From an uncultured virus (IMG/VR IMGVR_UViG_3300021961_008224) (taxonomy: Duplodnaviria; Heunggongvirae; Uroviricota; Caudoviricetes), in the IMG/VR virus record IMGVR_UViG_3300021961_008224: a DNA stretch of 54,073 bases, one strand, 5' to 3'. Shown in pieces: positions 28,924 through 40,700 of the stretch. The notes under the pieces were generated by a model, which worked only from the letters and a program-made list of their open reading frames with translations, did not search any database and was not told where the DNA came from. The translations under genes were made by a program, and so were the position numbers. The first letter of the stretch is position 1; every line of letters begins with the position of its first letter.

Positions 28924-29934
28924 GTGACTAAAACATTATTAGTTGACGGTAATAATTTACTAAAAATAGGATTTCACGGGGTAAAAGATTTTTACCATAA
29001 GGGAGAACACGTTGGTGGGATATGGCATTTCATCAATACGTTACGTAAATTCATTGAAGAATATAACTACGATAAAGTTGTGGTATTTTGGGACGGTGAA
29101 AGTAGTTCATCCGCAAGAAAATTAATATATCCACAATACAAAGAAAACCGACATTCCGAAACCAATGTTTACAAGGAAGATTCTTTCACTAAACAGAAAG
29201 AACGAGTTAAACAATATTTGGAGGAAATGTTTGTAAGACAGATAGACATTGACAATAATGAGGCCGATGATTTAATCGCTTACTATTGTCAGGTGTCTCC
29301 TGACGAAAATAAGACAATATTTTCAGGTGATAGAGACTTAACACAGTTAATCTCAGAACGTGTCTCTATCTATTCCCCAAACACTAAGACGATGTATCAG
29401 AATGGTGATAAGATTAAAATATATCACTATGAATTCCCACATCAAAACATTAAAACTTATAAGATACTATCTGGTGATAAATCGGATAATATAGATGGTA
29501 TCTATTACTTAGGTGAAAAAACTTTGGTTAAATTATTCCCTGAGTTACTTGAAAATACGGTAAATGTTTCCGATATTTTAACTAAGGCTGAAAAGTTATT
29601 TGAAACGGATAAAAACAACACTGCTTTAAATAATCTACTTACTGGTAAGACTAAAACAGGAGTGTATGGAAATGAATTTTTTATAATTAACGAAAAAATA
29701 GTAGATTTGTCTAATCCCTTAATAACTGATGAAGCTAAAGAATTGGTTGAACTTTATTACCGAGAAAGTTTAGACCCTGATGGTAGAGGGTATAAAAACT
29801 TGATAAAGATGATGATGGAGAACGGATTCTTTAAATACTTACCAAAAACTGATGATGCTTGGGTTAACTTCATCAGACCTTTTATGAAACTAACCCGAAA
29901 AGAAAAAAGAAATTATAAAACAAACAAAAATTAA
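28924..29934 (+). CDS. 5'-3' exonuclease / flap endonuclease (T4 RNase H, PolI N-terminal-like); GTG start
   Basis: LLVDGNNL, FWDG, YKENR, EADDLIA, SGDRDLTQL, GDKSDNIDGI..LGEKT. Confidence 0.92.
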   Translation: MTKTLLVDGNNLLKIGFHGVKDFYHKGEHVGGIWHFINTLRKFIEEYNYDKVVVFWDGESSSSARKLIYPQYKENRHSETNVYKEDSFTKQKERVKQYLEEMFVRQIDIDNNEADDLIAYYCQVSPDENKTIFSGDRDLTQLISERVSIYSPNTKTMYQNGDKIKIYHYEFPHQNIKTYKILSGDKSDNIDGIYYLGEKTLVKLFPELLENTVNVSDILTKAEKLFETDKNNTALNNLLTGKTKTGVYGNEFFIINEKIVDLSNPLITDEAKELVELYYRESLDPDGRGYKNLIKMMMENGFFKYLPKTDDAWVNFIRPFMKLTRKEKRNYKTNKN

Positions 29935-29937
29935 ATT

Positions 29938-30393
29938 ATGACAAAAGAGCAAGACTTAACGAAAATGGAGTTTTTACTTACGTTAAACGACAGAATCATT
30001 GTACAAAGATTTTACAATGTTAAAGGATTTAATTCATCGGCAAAAAATTCGTTAGAGTTATACGAATTTATTAAAGAGGTTAAAGAGGATTTAGAGTTAG
30101 ATTTGAAAAACAGAACGGTATCATATATGATTGATAACATCAATCAAATTATGGAAGACGAGAACGTTTTAAACACATCAATGACTGAAGGTGAAGAACA
30201 CTTTAATTTATTTATTAAGGTTGGTGATGAGACACTTTGTCATAGACAATTTAACGCAAAATTATACCCGCCAAAAATAAGATACACCGTAGACGTACGT
30301 CCGTACCTAAAAACTGTACTTAAGGGTTTGACTGACATTTTTTCAGGTGAAAATTTAACTTATGAATATCTAGGCCTTCCGCTTTCAGTATAG
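29938..30393 (+). CDS. Hypothetical protein (151 aa) in the replication block
   Basis: Tightly packed ORF with typical codon usage; no motif recognised. Confidence 0.8.
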   Translation: MTKEQDLTKMEFLLTLNDRIIVQRFYNVKGFNSSAKNSLELYEFIKEVKEDLELDLKNRTVSYMIDNINQIMEDENVLNTSMTEGEEHFNLFIKVGDETLCHRQFNAKLYPPKIRYTVDVRPYLKTVLKGLTDIFSGENLTYEYLGLPLSV

Positions 30394-30424
30394 TATTTAT
30401 CAATTACACAAACAAATATAGAGT

Positions 30425-31816
30425 ATGAATTCAGGCAAAAATTTTAATTATTTAGGGGAAACTTTCCAACTACAACTTCTTAATCAAACTATCTTAGACA
30501 AAGAATTCGCTCGCTCAATTATTGATGTTATTGAACTAAATTATTTTGAAAACAAGTATTTTAAAATCATCATTCAGATGATTAAAGAATACTATAAAAA
30601 GTACGAATCAAGTCCATCTTTTGAAACATTGGGTCAAATCGCCAAGTCAGAATTCCAACAGGAATTGGCTGCCAGAATGGTATTAGACACAATTAATAAA
30701 GTGGCTGAGGCACCTCTTGAGGGTAGTACTTATGTTCAGGAAAAGGCATTAAAATTCTGTAAACAACAAGAGTTACAGAAAGTAATGACAAAGGCTCAAA
30801 AAATCATTGATGGGGGTGAGTTTGAAAACTACGACACATTAGAAGAAATGGTTAGTAAAGCCTTACAGGTCGGAGAGGTTGATAAGGGGACTGAGGACGT
30901 TTTTCACAATTTAGATGAAGTTCTAAATGATGATTATAGACATCCAGTACCTATGGGGATTCCAGGTATTGACAAACTACTTAAAGGTGGTTTGGCTAAA
31001 GGAGAAATCGGTGTAATTTTAGCACCAACAGGTGTAGGTAAATCTACATTATTGACAAAAATTGCTAATCACGGTTTTAACTTAGGTTATAACGTATTAC
31101 AAATATTCTTTGAAGACAACCCAAAGATTATTCAAAGAAAACATTTTACACTTTGGACAGGAATTGCCCCTGATGATATGGCAAATAAGAAAGAAGAAGT
31201 AATGGAGAAAGTTACGGCAATTAAAGAATCTATGCCTAACAAGTTAACTCTTAAAAAATTACCTTCTGATACTCTAACTATGATGCAAATCAAAAATCAA
31301 GTTAGAAAAATGATTGCTGAGGGAAATAAAATTGATATGATTCTTTTAGATTATATTGATTGTGTAGTACCTGATAAAAATCTTGGTGATGAATGGAAGA
31401 GTGAAGGTTCAGTTATGAGAGGTTTTGAGGCAATGTGTCACGAGTTGAACATTGTTGGATGGACTGCAACACAAGGAAATCGTTCCTCAATTTCATCAGA
31501 AGTGGTGACCACCGACCAAATGGGTGGTTCTATTAAGAAAGCACAAGTTGGTCACGTTATCATTTCCGTGGCAAAAACTTTACAACAAAAAGAAATGAAA
31601 CTTGCAACTATTGCAATTACCAAATCTCGTATTGGTTCTGATGGTGTTGTTTTTGAAAACTGTAAATTCGATAATGAACTTATCGAAATTGACACTGAAA
31701 GTTCTGTTACTTTCTTAGGATTTGAAGAACAAAAAGAAGAACAAAAAAGAGATAGAGTAAAAGAACTTCTTGAGAAAAGAAAAGAAAGAGAACAACAAAA
31801 ACAAAAACAGTCTTAA
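30425..31816 (+). CDS. Replicative DnaB-like helicase (T4 gp41-like)
   Basis: GGLAKGEIGVILAPTGVGKS, LLDYID, WTATQGNR, KSRIG. Confidence 0.92.
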   Translation: MNSGKNFNYLGETFQLQLLNQTILDKEFARSIIDVIELNYFENKYFKIIIQMIKEYYKKYESSPSFETLGQIAKSEFQQELAARMVLDTINKVAEAPLEGSTYVQEKALKFCKQQELQKVMTKAQKIIDGGEFENYDTLEEMVSKALQVGEVDKGTEDVFHNLDEVLNDDYRHPVPMGIPGIDKLLKGGLAKGEIGVILAPTGVGKSTLLTKIANHGFNLGYNVLQIFFEDNPKIIQRKHFTLWTGIAPDDMANKKEEVMEKVTAIKESMPNKLTLKKLPSDTLTMMQIKNQVRKMIAEGNKIDMILLDYIDCVVPDKNLGDEWKSEGSVMRGFEAMCHELNIVGWTATQGNRSSISSEVVTTDQMGGSIKKAQVGHVIISVAKTLQQKEMKLATIAITKSRIGSDGVVFENCKFDNELIEIDTESSVTFLGFEEQKEEQKRDRVKELLEKRKEREQQKQKQS

Positions 31817-31838
31817 ATTAAACTAAATTAAAATTACT

Positions 31839-32786
31839 ATGGAAAAAATATTGGTAGAAAATCCCAACAGATTCGTTATCTTCCCTATCGAACACAATGA
31901 TATTTGGGAATATTATAAACAACACCAAGCCGCTTTTTGGACGGCTGAAGAAATTGACCTAACAAACGATATTCGTGATTGGGAAAATTTATCTGATAAT
32001 GAAAAATACTTTATTAAAAATATTTTATCATTTTTTGCAGCGTCTGATGGTATTGTAAATGAAAATTTAGCGGAGAATTTTCTGAAAGAAGTACAATACC
32101 CTGAAGCGAAATTCTTTTACGGGTTTCAACTTATGATGGAAAATATTCATTCATTGATGTACTCATTACTTATTGACACCTACGTATCAAGTCCTGAAGA
32201 AAAAGATGAATGTTTTAACGCTATTGATAAATTACCTGCGGTACAAAAGAAAGCTAAATGGGCTTTAAATTGGATTGAAAACTCAACTTTTGAGGAAAGA
32301 TTAATTGCGTTTGCGGCGGTTGAAGGTATTTTCTTTTCAGGTTCATTCTGTTCAATTTTTTGGTTAAAATCAAGAGGAATTATGCAAGGTCTATGTAATG
32401 CTAATTCACTTATCTTTAAAGATGAAAACTTACATTGTGATTTTGCAATTCATTTATTAAACAATCACATTGAAAACAAACCGAGTGAAAAAAGAATTAG
32501 AGAAATATTATTGTCGGCATTAGAAATTGAGAAAGAGTTTATTATTGAATCGTTACCAGTATCTCTTATTGGTATGAATTCTAACTTAATGAAACAATAT
32601 CTTGAATTTGTTACGGATGGTTTATTAATTAAACTTGGTTGTAAAAAAGAGTTTAATGTTGAACAACCATTTAAATTTATGGAACAAATTGCCGTTGAAA
32701 CAAAAGGTAATTTCTTTGAATCAAGAACCGTAGAATACCAAAAAGCAAAGTTAGGTGAATCACTTTCATTTACCGATGATTTTTAA
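31839..32786 (+). CDS. nrdB: Ribonucleotide reductase class Ia beta subunit
   Basis: [47 protein letters not shown]. Confidence 0.96.
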   Translation: MEKILVENPNRFVIFPIEHNDIWEYYKQHQAAFWTAEEIDLTNDIRDWENLSDNEKYFIKNILSFFAASDGIVNENLAENFLKEVQYPEAKFFYGFQLMMENIHSLMYSLLIDTYVSSPEEKDECFNAIDKLPAVQKKAKWALNWIENSTFEERLIAFAAVEGIFFSGSFCSIFWLKSRGIMQGLCNANSLIFKDENLHCDFAIHLLNNHIENKPSEKRIREILLSALEIEKEFIIESLPVSLIGMNSNLMKQYLEFVTDGLLIKLGCKKEFNVEQPFKFMEQIAVETKGNFFESRTVEYQKAKLGESLSFTDDF

Positions 32787-32804
32787 TATATAAAAAAAAT
32801 AAAT

Positions 32805-35237
32805 ATGATGTCATTAAGAATAAAAAAAAGAAGTGGAGACGACGCGTCGTTTAACCCACAAAAGATATATCAAAGAATTAAACGAGCGTCTAAAGGACTT
32901 AACGTTAATTCTGACGAAATCTTCATTAAGGTAATTACTTCAGTACCAACTGAGGGATTAATTACAACTAAAGAGTTAGATAAACTTATTTATGAAATTG
33001 CTGCGGCGTATACTGGTAGTCATCACGACTATTCAAGATTGGCGTCATCGGTAGCAATTTCTTCATACCATAAAGAAACTGATGATAGTTTTTCTAAAAC
33101 TATGGAAGTTTTATATGGCGATGGTGTTGTAAATGAAAGGTTAATGGAAATCATTAACTCTTACGGTGCTAGTAATGTTGATTCAGTAATTAATCACGAA
33201 AATGATTATAATTTTGATTACTTCGCTTGGAGGTCATTAATTGAGATGTATTTGTTAAAAACACCACAGGGTAGAGTGATTGAAAGACCTCAACATATGT
33301 ATATGAGAGTTGCATTATGGGTTACAAATACCTTTGAGGAAGCGGTTGACTATTACAATTCGTTATCAAACCAACTTATTTCACCAGCAACCCCAATTAT
33401 GATTAATTCAGGTACCAAGACACCTCAATTAGCATCTTGTGTATTACATTACAATGATTCTGATTCAAGAAACGGTTTATTAAATACCTTTAACGACATC
33501 TCAACATATTCATCTGATGCAGCAGGTATTGGATTATGTTTGTCTAATATTCGTAGTAAAGAAAGTCGAATTAATTCATCAGGAGGATTTGCGGGTGGAT
33601 TATTGAAATATTTGAAAATTGTAAATGAAGGTTTGAGATTCTTTAACCAACAAGGTAGAAGACCTGGTAGTGCGGCTATCTATTTAGAACCTTGGCATAA
33701 AGATATTATGGACTTACTTGAGATTAAAAAAAATACGGGGGCTGAAGAATTAAGAGCTCGTGATTTATTTACCGCATTATGGATTCCTGATAACTTTATG
33801 ACTGCAGTTGAAAATAACGACGATTGGTATTTGTTCTGTCCTAATGATATTATTAAAGCAGGAATTAAACCATTACAAGAATGTTATGGTGATGAGTACG
33901 AAGAGAATTACCGTAAAGCGGTTGAGTTAGGTCTTGGTAAAAAAGTATCGGCACAAACAATTTGGAATAAAATTATTGAATCACAAGTTGAAACAGGTGT
34001 TCCTTATTTATGTTCTAAGGATAATGCAAACAGAAAAACTAACCATCAGAACATTGGGGTTATTAAACAATCTAACTTATGTAATGAGATTTATCAGTTT
34101 ACAGATGAAGAAACTACCGCGATTTGTACATTGTCTTCTATGGTTTTGAAAAACTTTATTATTGATGGTAAGTTTGATTTTAAATTATTGTATAATGAAG
34201 TTAGAAAAGTTGTTAGAGCATTAAATAATGTGGTTGATAAAAATAACTACTCCACAGATAAAGGGCATAAAGGTGGTTTAGAACAAAGGGCGATTGCTAT
34301 TGGAACACAGGGACTTGCAGATGTTTTCTATTTGATGGATTATATCTTCACTTCAGAAGATGCTAAAACATTAAATAAACAAATTTTTGAAACAATTTAT
34401 TTTGCAGCTATTACTGAAAGTAATGACCTATGTAAAACTGAAAATAGAAAACCTTATAAATTCTTTAACGGCTCACCTATGTCTAAAGGAGATTTCCAAT
34501 TTGATATGTGGGGATTAGGAGAGTCTGACTTGTCAGGTATGTTTGATTGGGAATCGTTAAAAAATGACGTTAAAAAATATGGTGTTTGTAATTCATTATT
34601 TACGGCTCAAATGCCTGTGGCATCTTCAGCCAAGATTACAGGTTCGTTTGAAATGACTGAACCCGCACACTCAGCGTTATTTAACAGACGAGTTGTTGGT
34701 GGTGAAATTATGATTGTTAACAAGTATTTAATCAATGACTTTGAGAAAATTGGAATATGGTGTGAAGATTTAAAAAATGAAATTATTTTCAATGAAGGGT
34801 CTATCCAAAAAATTAACTTTAATTCTTATTTAGATACTGAAGACAAAAATTACAATAAAAAAGTTAAAAGAATTGAACATTTAATTCCAAAATACAAAAC
34901 TATTTGGGAAATTTCACAAAAAGAACTTATTGATATGGCGGCTGACAGAGCACCATTCATTGACCAATCACAATCAATGAATATCTATATGTCAAACCCA
35001 ACATTATCTAAGATTTCATCATCACACTTCCACTCTTGGAAGAAAGGTTTGAAAACACTTTGTTATTATGTTAGAACAAAGGCAATTTCAACAGGGGCAA
35101 AACATTTGGCTATGGATATTTCAAAAATGGAATCACCTAAGAAAAATGTTGATGTACCTAAAGTAGATTACAGTCATATGAATCTACCACCAAAACCTGA
35201 GGGTATTGAGATTGAATGTTTTGGATGTTCCTCTTAA
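32805..35237 (+). CDS. nrdA: Ribonucleotide reductase class Ia alpha subunit with ATP cone
   Basis: N-terminal ATP cone, ERPQHMYMRVA, SPATP, QLASC, SNLCNEI, ICTLSS, DQSQSMN, YY pair, C-terminal CFGCSS. Confidence 0.97.
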   Translation: MMSLRIKKRSGDDASFNPQKIYQRIKRASKGLNVNSDEIFIKVITSVPTEGLITTKELDKLIYEIAAAYTGSHHDYSRLASSVAISSYHKETDDSFSKTMEVLYGDGVVNERLMEIINSYGASNVDSVINHENDYNFDYFAWRSLIEMYLLKTPQGRVIERPQHMYMRVALWVTNTFEEAVDYYNSLSNQLISPATPIMINSGTKTPQLASCVLHYNDSDSRNGLLNTFNDISTYSSDAAGIGLCLSNIRSKESRINSSGGFAGGLLKYLKIVNEGLRFFNQQGRRPGSAAIYLEPWHKDIMDLLEIKKNTGAEELRARDLFTALWIPDNFMTAVENNDDWYLFCPNDIIKAGIKPLQECYGDEYEENYRKAVELGLGKKVSAQTIWNKIIESQVETGVPYLCSKDNANRKTNHQNIGVIKQSNLCNEIYQFTDEETTAICTLSSMVLKNFIIDGKFDFKLLYNEVRKVVRALNNVVDKNNYSTDKGHKGGLEQRAIAIGTQGLADVFYLMDYIFTSEDAKTLNKQIFETIYFAAITESNDLCKTENRKPYKFFNGSPMSKGDFQFDMWGLGESDLSGMFDWESLKNDVKKYGVCNSLFTAQMPVASSAKITGSFEMTEPAHSALFNRRVVGGEIMIVNKYLINDFEKIGIWCEDLKNEIIFNEGSIQKINFNSYLDTEDKNYNKKVKRIEHLIPKYKTIWEISQKELIDMAADRAPFIDQSQSMNIYMSNPTLSKISSSHFHSWKKGLKTLCYYVRTKAISTGAKHLAMDISKMESPKKNVDVPKVDYSHMNLPPKPEGIEIECFGCSS

Positions 35238-35257
35238 AATAAAATATAACGACAATT

Positions 35258-35288
35258 ATCCCGACACTATGTCGGGATTTTTTATTTT
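35258..35288 (+). terminator. Intrinsic terminator after nrdA
   Basis: ATCCCGACA-CTA-TGTCGGGAT followed by TTTTTATTTT. Confidence 0.8.
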
Positions 35289-35329
35289 ACACTATTTATA
35301 AGAAATAATCACGACATATATTTATTGAT

Positions 35330-35788
35330 ATGGCTAATGGTAAAACATATGGAATTGCGTTTCCCTTCAACAGTTCTACTGAGGGAGATTATCTGAAATT
35401 AACTCAAACTGCGAATGACGAGATAAGAACGGATTTAATTCACCTACTTCTAACAAGAAAAGGGTCTAGATATTTTTTGCCTGATTTTGGAACTCGATTA
35501 TATGAGTATATTTTCGAACCATTAGATACTCCAACATTTAATAGTATCGAATCTGAGATTCGTGAGTCTTGTGAAAAGTATTTACCTCAATTAAGAATAA
35601 CTAGTATTAGTGTAAAAGCTTACGTTAGTGAAGAAACTGAAAGTGGTGGTGTTAGTTCAGGTAGTAATACTACTGAGTATAATATGCCAGGTATGGGTGC
35701 TGATGAATACACCGCGAAGGTTAAAATAGATTACGTAATAACCGACGATGTCTTTAGTAGTAAAGATTTCGTAATCTTAAATATTTAA
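35330..35788 (+). CDS. Baseplate wedge protein (T4 gp25 / P2 W-like)
   Basis: LLLTRKGSRYFLPDFGTRLYEYIFEP; TATTTAT at 35293 and 35319. Confidence 0.9.
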   Translation: MANGKTYGIAFPFNSSTEGDYLKLTQTANDEIRTDLIHLLLTRKGSRYFLPDFGTRLYEYIFEPLDTPTFNSIESEIRESCEKYLPQLRITSISVKAYVSEETESGGVSSGSNTTEYNMPGMGADEYTAKVKIDYVITDDVFSSKDFVILNI

Positions 35789-35793
35789 TTAAT

Positions 35794-37635
35794 ATGGCAG
35801 AAAAAAGAATATCCTATACCGTAAGGGACTTCCAAGAAGTTAGAACGGAATTAATAAATTTCACGAAAACCTATTATCCTGATTTAATAGATAACTTTAA
35901 CGACGCATCTATTTTCTCTGCATTATTAGATTTAAACGCTGCCGTATCAGACAATTTACATTTTCATATTGATAGAAGTATTCAAGAAACGGTTTTACAA
36001 TATGCTCAACAAAAATCTTCAATATTTAACATTGCAAGAACTTACGGATTAAAACTTCCAGGTCAAAGACCTTCAGTGGCTTTAGTCGACTTCTCAATTA
36101 CGGTACCCGCGAATGGTGATAAGGATGATGAGAGATATGAAGGGATATTAAGAAGAGGAAGCCAAGTAACGGGAGTTGGACAAATTTTTGAAAACGTGTA
36201 TGATATTGATTTTTCATCACCATATAATTCACAAGGTTTTCCAAACCGACTTAAAATACCTAATTTTGATGGTAATAATAATTTAATTAGTTATACAATA
36301 ACTAAAAGAGAATTAGTTGTTAATGGTATTACTAAAGTATTCAAACAAGTAATAACCGCTAATGATGTTAGACCGTTTTTTGAGTTATTCTTACCTGAAA
36401 AGAATGTGTTGGGTGTTACATCTGTTATACAAAAGGATGGTACTAACTATGCTAATGTACCTACAGTGTCTGAGTTTTTATCACCTGCGGGTAAATGGTA
36501 TGAAGTTGACGCGTTAGCCCAAGACAGGGTATTCATTGAGGACCCAACTAAACCAAGTGATTTACCTGGTGTTAAAGTTGGACAATGGGTTGTTACTAAT
36601 GATAGATTTATAACTGAATATACACCTGAAGGGTTTTTAAAAATGACATTTGGAGGTGGTAATACATCGGCTGAAGACCAATTAAGAGAATTCGCAAGAA
36701 GTGGAATTGAAACTTTACCAATGCAGAATTATTTAAATAATTTCTCATTGGGTAGTACTTTAAAGGCTAATACAACAATATTCGTACAATATCGAATTGG
36801 TGGTGGATTAGCAACAAATATTGGGGTTAACACTATTAATCAGATTGGTACTGTTTCATTTTTTGTAAACGGACCTTCAGAGTCTACAAATACCGCAGTT
36901 GTTAATTCATTAAGATGTACTAACGTAACCGCAGCGATTGGTGGTGCTGGATTACCTACATTAGAAGAAATAAGAAATTTCGTATCATTTAACTTCTCGG
37001 CTCAAAATAGAGCGGTAACAATTAATGACTACGAAGCTTTAATTAGAAAAATGCCTGGTCAATTTGGTGCTCCTGCTAAAGTATCTGTTGTTGAGGAAGA
37101 TAATAAAATTAAGGTTAAAATATTGTCATATGATACCTCAGGTTCCTTAACTTCTATAGTTTCAAATACTTTATTAAATAATCTTGCCGAGTACCTTTCA
37201 AACTATCGTATGATAAATGACTATATTTCAATTGAAACTGCGGATGTTATTGATTTAGCAGTTGAAGTTTCAGTTGTATTAGATGCTAGTCAAAATCAAG
37301 GTGTTGTTGTTGGTACGATTATTAATAAGATTTCGGATTATTTTAATCCGTCAACAAGACAATTAGGGGGTAATGTTAACATATCTGAAATTAATAAAAT
37401 AATTCAATCAGAGAATGGTGTGATATCGTTAACCGAATTAAAAGTGTTTAACAAAGTTGGTGGAGAGTACTCATCATCAGAAACTTCAATGAAGTATGCG
37501 GATTCTTCTACAAAACAGATAGAACCTACCGATAATACTATCTTTGCACTCCCAACTCAAATCTATCAAATTAGATATCCTAATAAGGATATTACGGTTA
37601 AGGTTAAGAATTTCCAAACCGTATCAATTAGCTAA
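35794..37635 (+). CDS. Baseplate wedge protein (T4 gp6 / P2 J-like)
   Basis: RDFQEVRTELI...DFNDAS...AQQKSSIFNIARTYG...AIGGA...QNRAVTINDYE. Confidence 0.9.
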   Translation: MAEKRISYTVRDFQEVRTELINFTKTYYPDLIDNFNDASIFSALLDLNAAVSDNLHFHIDRSIQETVLQYAQQKSSIFNIARTYGLKLPGQRPSVALVDFSITVPANGDKDDERYEGILRRGSQVTGVGQIFENVYDIDFSSPYNSQGFPNRLKIPNFDGNNNLISYTITKRELVVNGITKVFKQVITANDVRPFFELFLPEKNVLGVTSVIQKDGTNYANVPTVSEFLSPAGKWYEVDALAQDRVFIEDPTKPSDLPGVKVGQWVVTNDRFITEYTPEGFLKMTFGGGNTSAEDQLREFARSGIETLPMQNYLNNFSLGSTLKANTTIFVQYRIGGGLATNIGVNTINQIGTVSFFVNGPSESTNTAVVNSLRCTNVTAAIGGAGLPTLEEIRNFVSFNFSAQNRAVTINDYEALIRKMPGQFGAPAKVSVVEEDNKIKVKILSYDTSGSLTSIVSNTLLNNLAEYLSNYRMINDYISIETADVIDLAVEVSVVLDASQNQGVVVGTIINKISDYFNPSTRQLGGNVNISEINKIIQSENGVISLTELKVFNKVGGEYSSSETSMKYADSSTKQIEPTDNTIFALPTQIYQIRYPNKDITVKVKNFQTVSIS

Positions 37636-37656
37636 GGATTTATTTATTACATTATC

Positions 37657-37697
37657 TTTTTATGTTTAGAGTAACTTGTTTTTTCTAAACATAAAAA
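37657..37697. repeat. Perfect 14-bp inverted repeat in intergenic region
   Basis: TTTTTATGTTTAGA, 13-nt spacer, TCTAAACATAAAAA. Confidence 0.85.
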
Positions 37698-37753
37698 CCA
37701 GTGCACAGACTTGAAAAACAGTCTATCAACTATTTATCGATTAAAGGAATATA

Positions 37754-40700
37754 ATGGGGAATTCGTATAGAATTAAAGCTAATCCAGGCAAAGACCAAAA
37801 CTTAGTAGTTCAAGTTGACCAAGATTTTGAACAACTTGAAATATTATCATTAAAAATTAGACAAGGTGATGTCTACTTAAGAATGTGCTCAGATTATGGG
37901 GTTATTGCAGGTAGAGTTTTTGCAAACAATGGTTATGGTATACCAAACGCTAAATTATCAATCTTTATCCCTGTAACTGACGAGGACTTAAAAAATCCTG
38001 TTATTAAATCAATATATCCTTATAAATCAGTTTTAGATACTAATGAGGATGGTTACAAATTTAATCTATTACCATATCTTCCTTCTTACAGTAATCACGT
38101 AGCCACAGGGACATTCCCTTCCCGAAAAGATAATTTAGTTGACCAAACTGTAGTTCAATTATATGACAAATATTACAAATATACCGTTCAAACAAACGAT
38201 AGCGGTGATTACTTAATTTATGGTGTGCCTGTTGGTAGTCATACTATTGTAATGAATGTTGACCTATCCGATATTGGACCTTTTTCGTTAGGGCCTCAAG
38301 ACTTGGTTAGAATGGGACTTGCAACAGAAGAACAATTCGATGGTAATAAATTTAATTCATCATCAAATTTTAATTCATTACCTCAGGTTATTGTTATTAA
38401 TAAAAGTATTGAGGTAGCACCATTTTGGGGGGAACCCGAGATATGTCAAATAGGTATTACAAGAACAGATTTTGACATTACCAATGAAGCGAATATCGAT
38501 ATTAAACCTACCGCAATTTTTATGGGGTCTTTAGTTAGTACTTCTAACTCAATCGCTATTAAACAAAATTGTGTGTCGAGGAAAGAAACAGGAAATCAGT
38601 GTCAAATGACCACAGGTCCTGGTGAGATTTTAGCAATTACTCAAACAATCTTTAATGACTCTGACGGTTTACCAATACTTGAACAAGCCAAATTACCTAA
38701 TGGGGGTAAAGTTATTGACGGAAATGGTACGTGGATGTTTGACCTACCAATGAATAATAACTACATATCGACAAATGAATATGGAGAACAGGTTATATCT
38801 AATGACCCTAAAGTCGGTATTCCTACTAAAGCGAAATATAGATTTAAAATTAAATGGCAACAAAGTAAGAGTATTGCTGAAGATTTTAAAAGAGGTTATT
38901 TCTTAGTACCAAATATTAAAGAAAAAGGTTGGGAGTTTTATGGTTCAGACCCATTACGTGGTGGACTTGGTGATTACAACGACGCGTTAACTTCATACGC
39001 ATTTGATTTAGGTTGGTCTGGATATACAACAGGTCCTGTTGATTTAACGAATACTGAATTATTATCTTACATTAATTGTGAAGATAGATTTTATGAATTT
39101 GATTATAATAAAGTTTATACTGTTTCGGGGTTAATTGATAACTACAAGGTTGCCAATGGTAAAGAAAAGTTCTTGGCGATTAAAAGAATTGACGATGATA
39201 CCTGTGATGATAGTGTAAATAAATTTCCCGCAAATGATGGGGTGTTCCACACATCCTTATTATGGATAATCTTAAATATATTAATTTCGATTATTGGGTT
39301 TTTAATGTTACCTGTCCTTATTGCTTATGATATTATCGCATTTATTGTAAACTTAATATTTCTAATTATAAATGCAATTCTTTGCGGACTTTGTGGTATT
39401 GGTTTTAGTATTGTTGCCATAAGTTGGTATCCATTTGGGTGGATTTGTAGTGCGTTAGGTATTAATTGTGATGACCCTCAACCACCAATCAAACCATTAG
39501 ATATGCCAATGTTAACATATCCTGATTGTGAAGCTTGTAGTTGTGACGGTTCCGACGGTGAGAGTAATGACCCTACATCTGGAAATGGGGAACAAAACAG
39601 TAGTCAGGCTCAACAAATTCAAAACCAATTTATCACCCCGTTTAATACCCCAACGTCTTTTGGTAAGTTAGACAATCCAACAGTTTTTAATTCAGTCTTT
39701 AGTAACACACTTTTTTGGTCTCCGTCTAATGTACCTATTATCAAACAATTATTAGGGGGTAGATTTGAAAACGGTACTTATATGACCGCGGGTGGTGTTG
39801 GAAGAATAAATACTTCCTCAGGATTTATAGAATGTTATGATTTACCATTTGGGGAAAGAATTAATTTATTTAATACTAAAGGTTCTTACTATAATGGTGC
39901 TAATCAAGTAAAAGTAACATATGAACCAACCGCTAACGGTCCTGCCGCAGGGCATTTTGATAATGTAATAGCTATTTTAGTTAGTAAAGGTACAACTCTT
40001 ACCGCGGGTAAGATGTTCTCCTTTAATAGTCCATATTCTTCTAAAGACCCTAACTTTACGGGGGCTACAGTTAATAATCTTGGGGGTAATCAGTTAACTG
40101 GTACTACTACAATACCTACAACATTAAGTGGTACTTACGCAAGTCCAACTAACCCGTTATCGAATATACCATTTTCTTACTCAACACCTACTATGTACAA
40201 TACAAATGTGAATAAAACATTATATTATACATATCCTTCAGACATTGAGTATTTTCAAGTAATTACGGGAATGACGGTATCTGAGTTTAGAAGTTTGGTA
40301 CCATCAATTCGTTTCGCAAATAGTTTTGGAGAAATAATAGAGAGTACTTCAACTATTACTAATTTTAACGGGATTGCTAGCGATACCGTAACTGTTAAAC
40401 CAATTGATTTTATTGCTCAAGATAGTAAAGTTTTAATTGTTCAACGAGGTGTTGACCCTAATTCATTTATGGTACAAACTAAGTTTGACCTTAGTCGTAT
40501 TTTTGGGTACACATCAATTAACCAACCTAATTGTATTGTTATAGGTGATTATAAAGTTAATGTTCCAATTAAAAATTCTACATTACCTGCATCATCATCA
40601 CCTTTGAATATGTTTGACCACGATTTCGGTCCTGGTATGAATAACAACACCCCTAACAATGGGTTCAATTTGTATTTTAGTTCTCAATTTTTTGAACCCG

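Noticed and set aside
27904..35237. Inteins or group I introns in recA, helicase, nrdB or nrdA
   Set aside because: Proteins are of normal length with contiguous motifs; no intein splice motifs or homing endonuclease seen.
5251..37635. Bacterial extracellular contractile injection system or tailocin locus
   Set aside because: Tail genes are interleaved with phage-type SSB, recombinase, helicase, RNR and neck genes, and no host housekeeping context is present.
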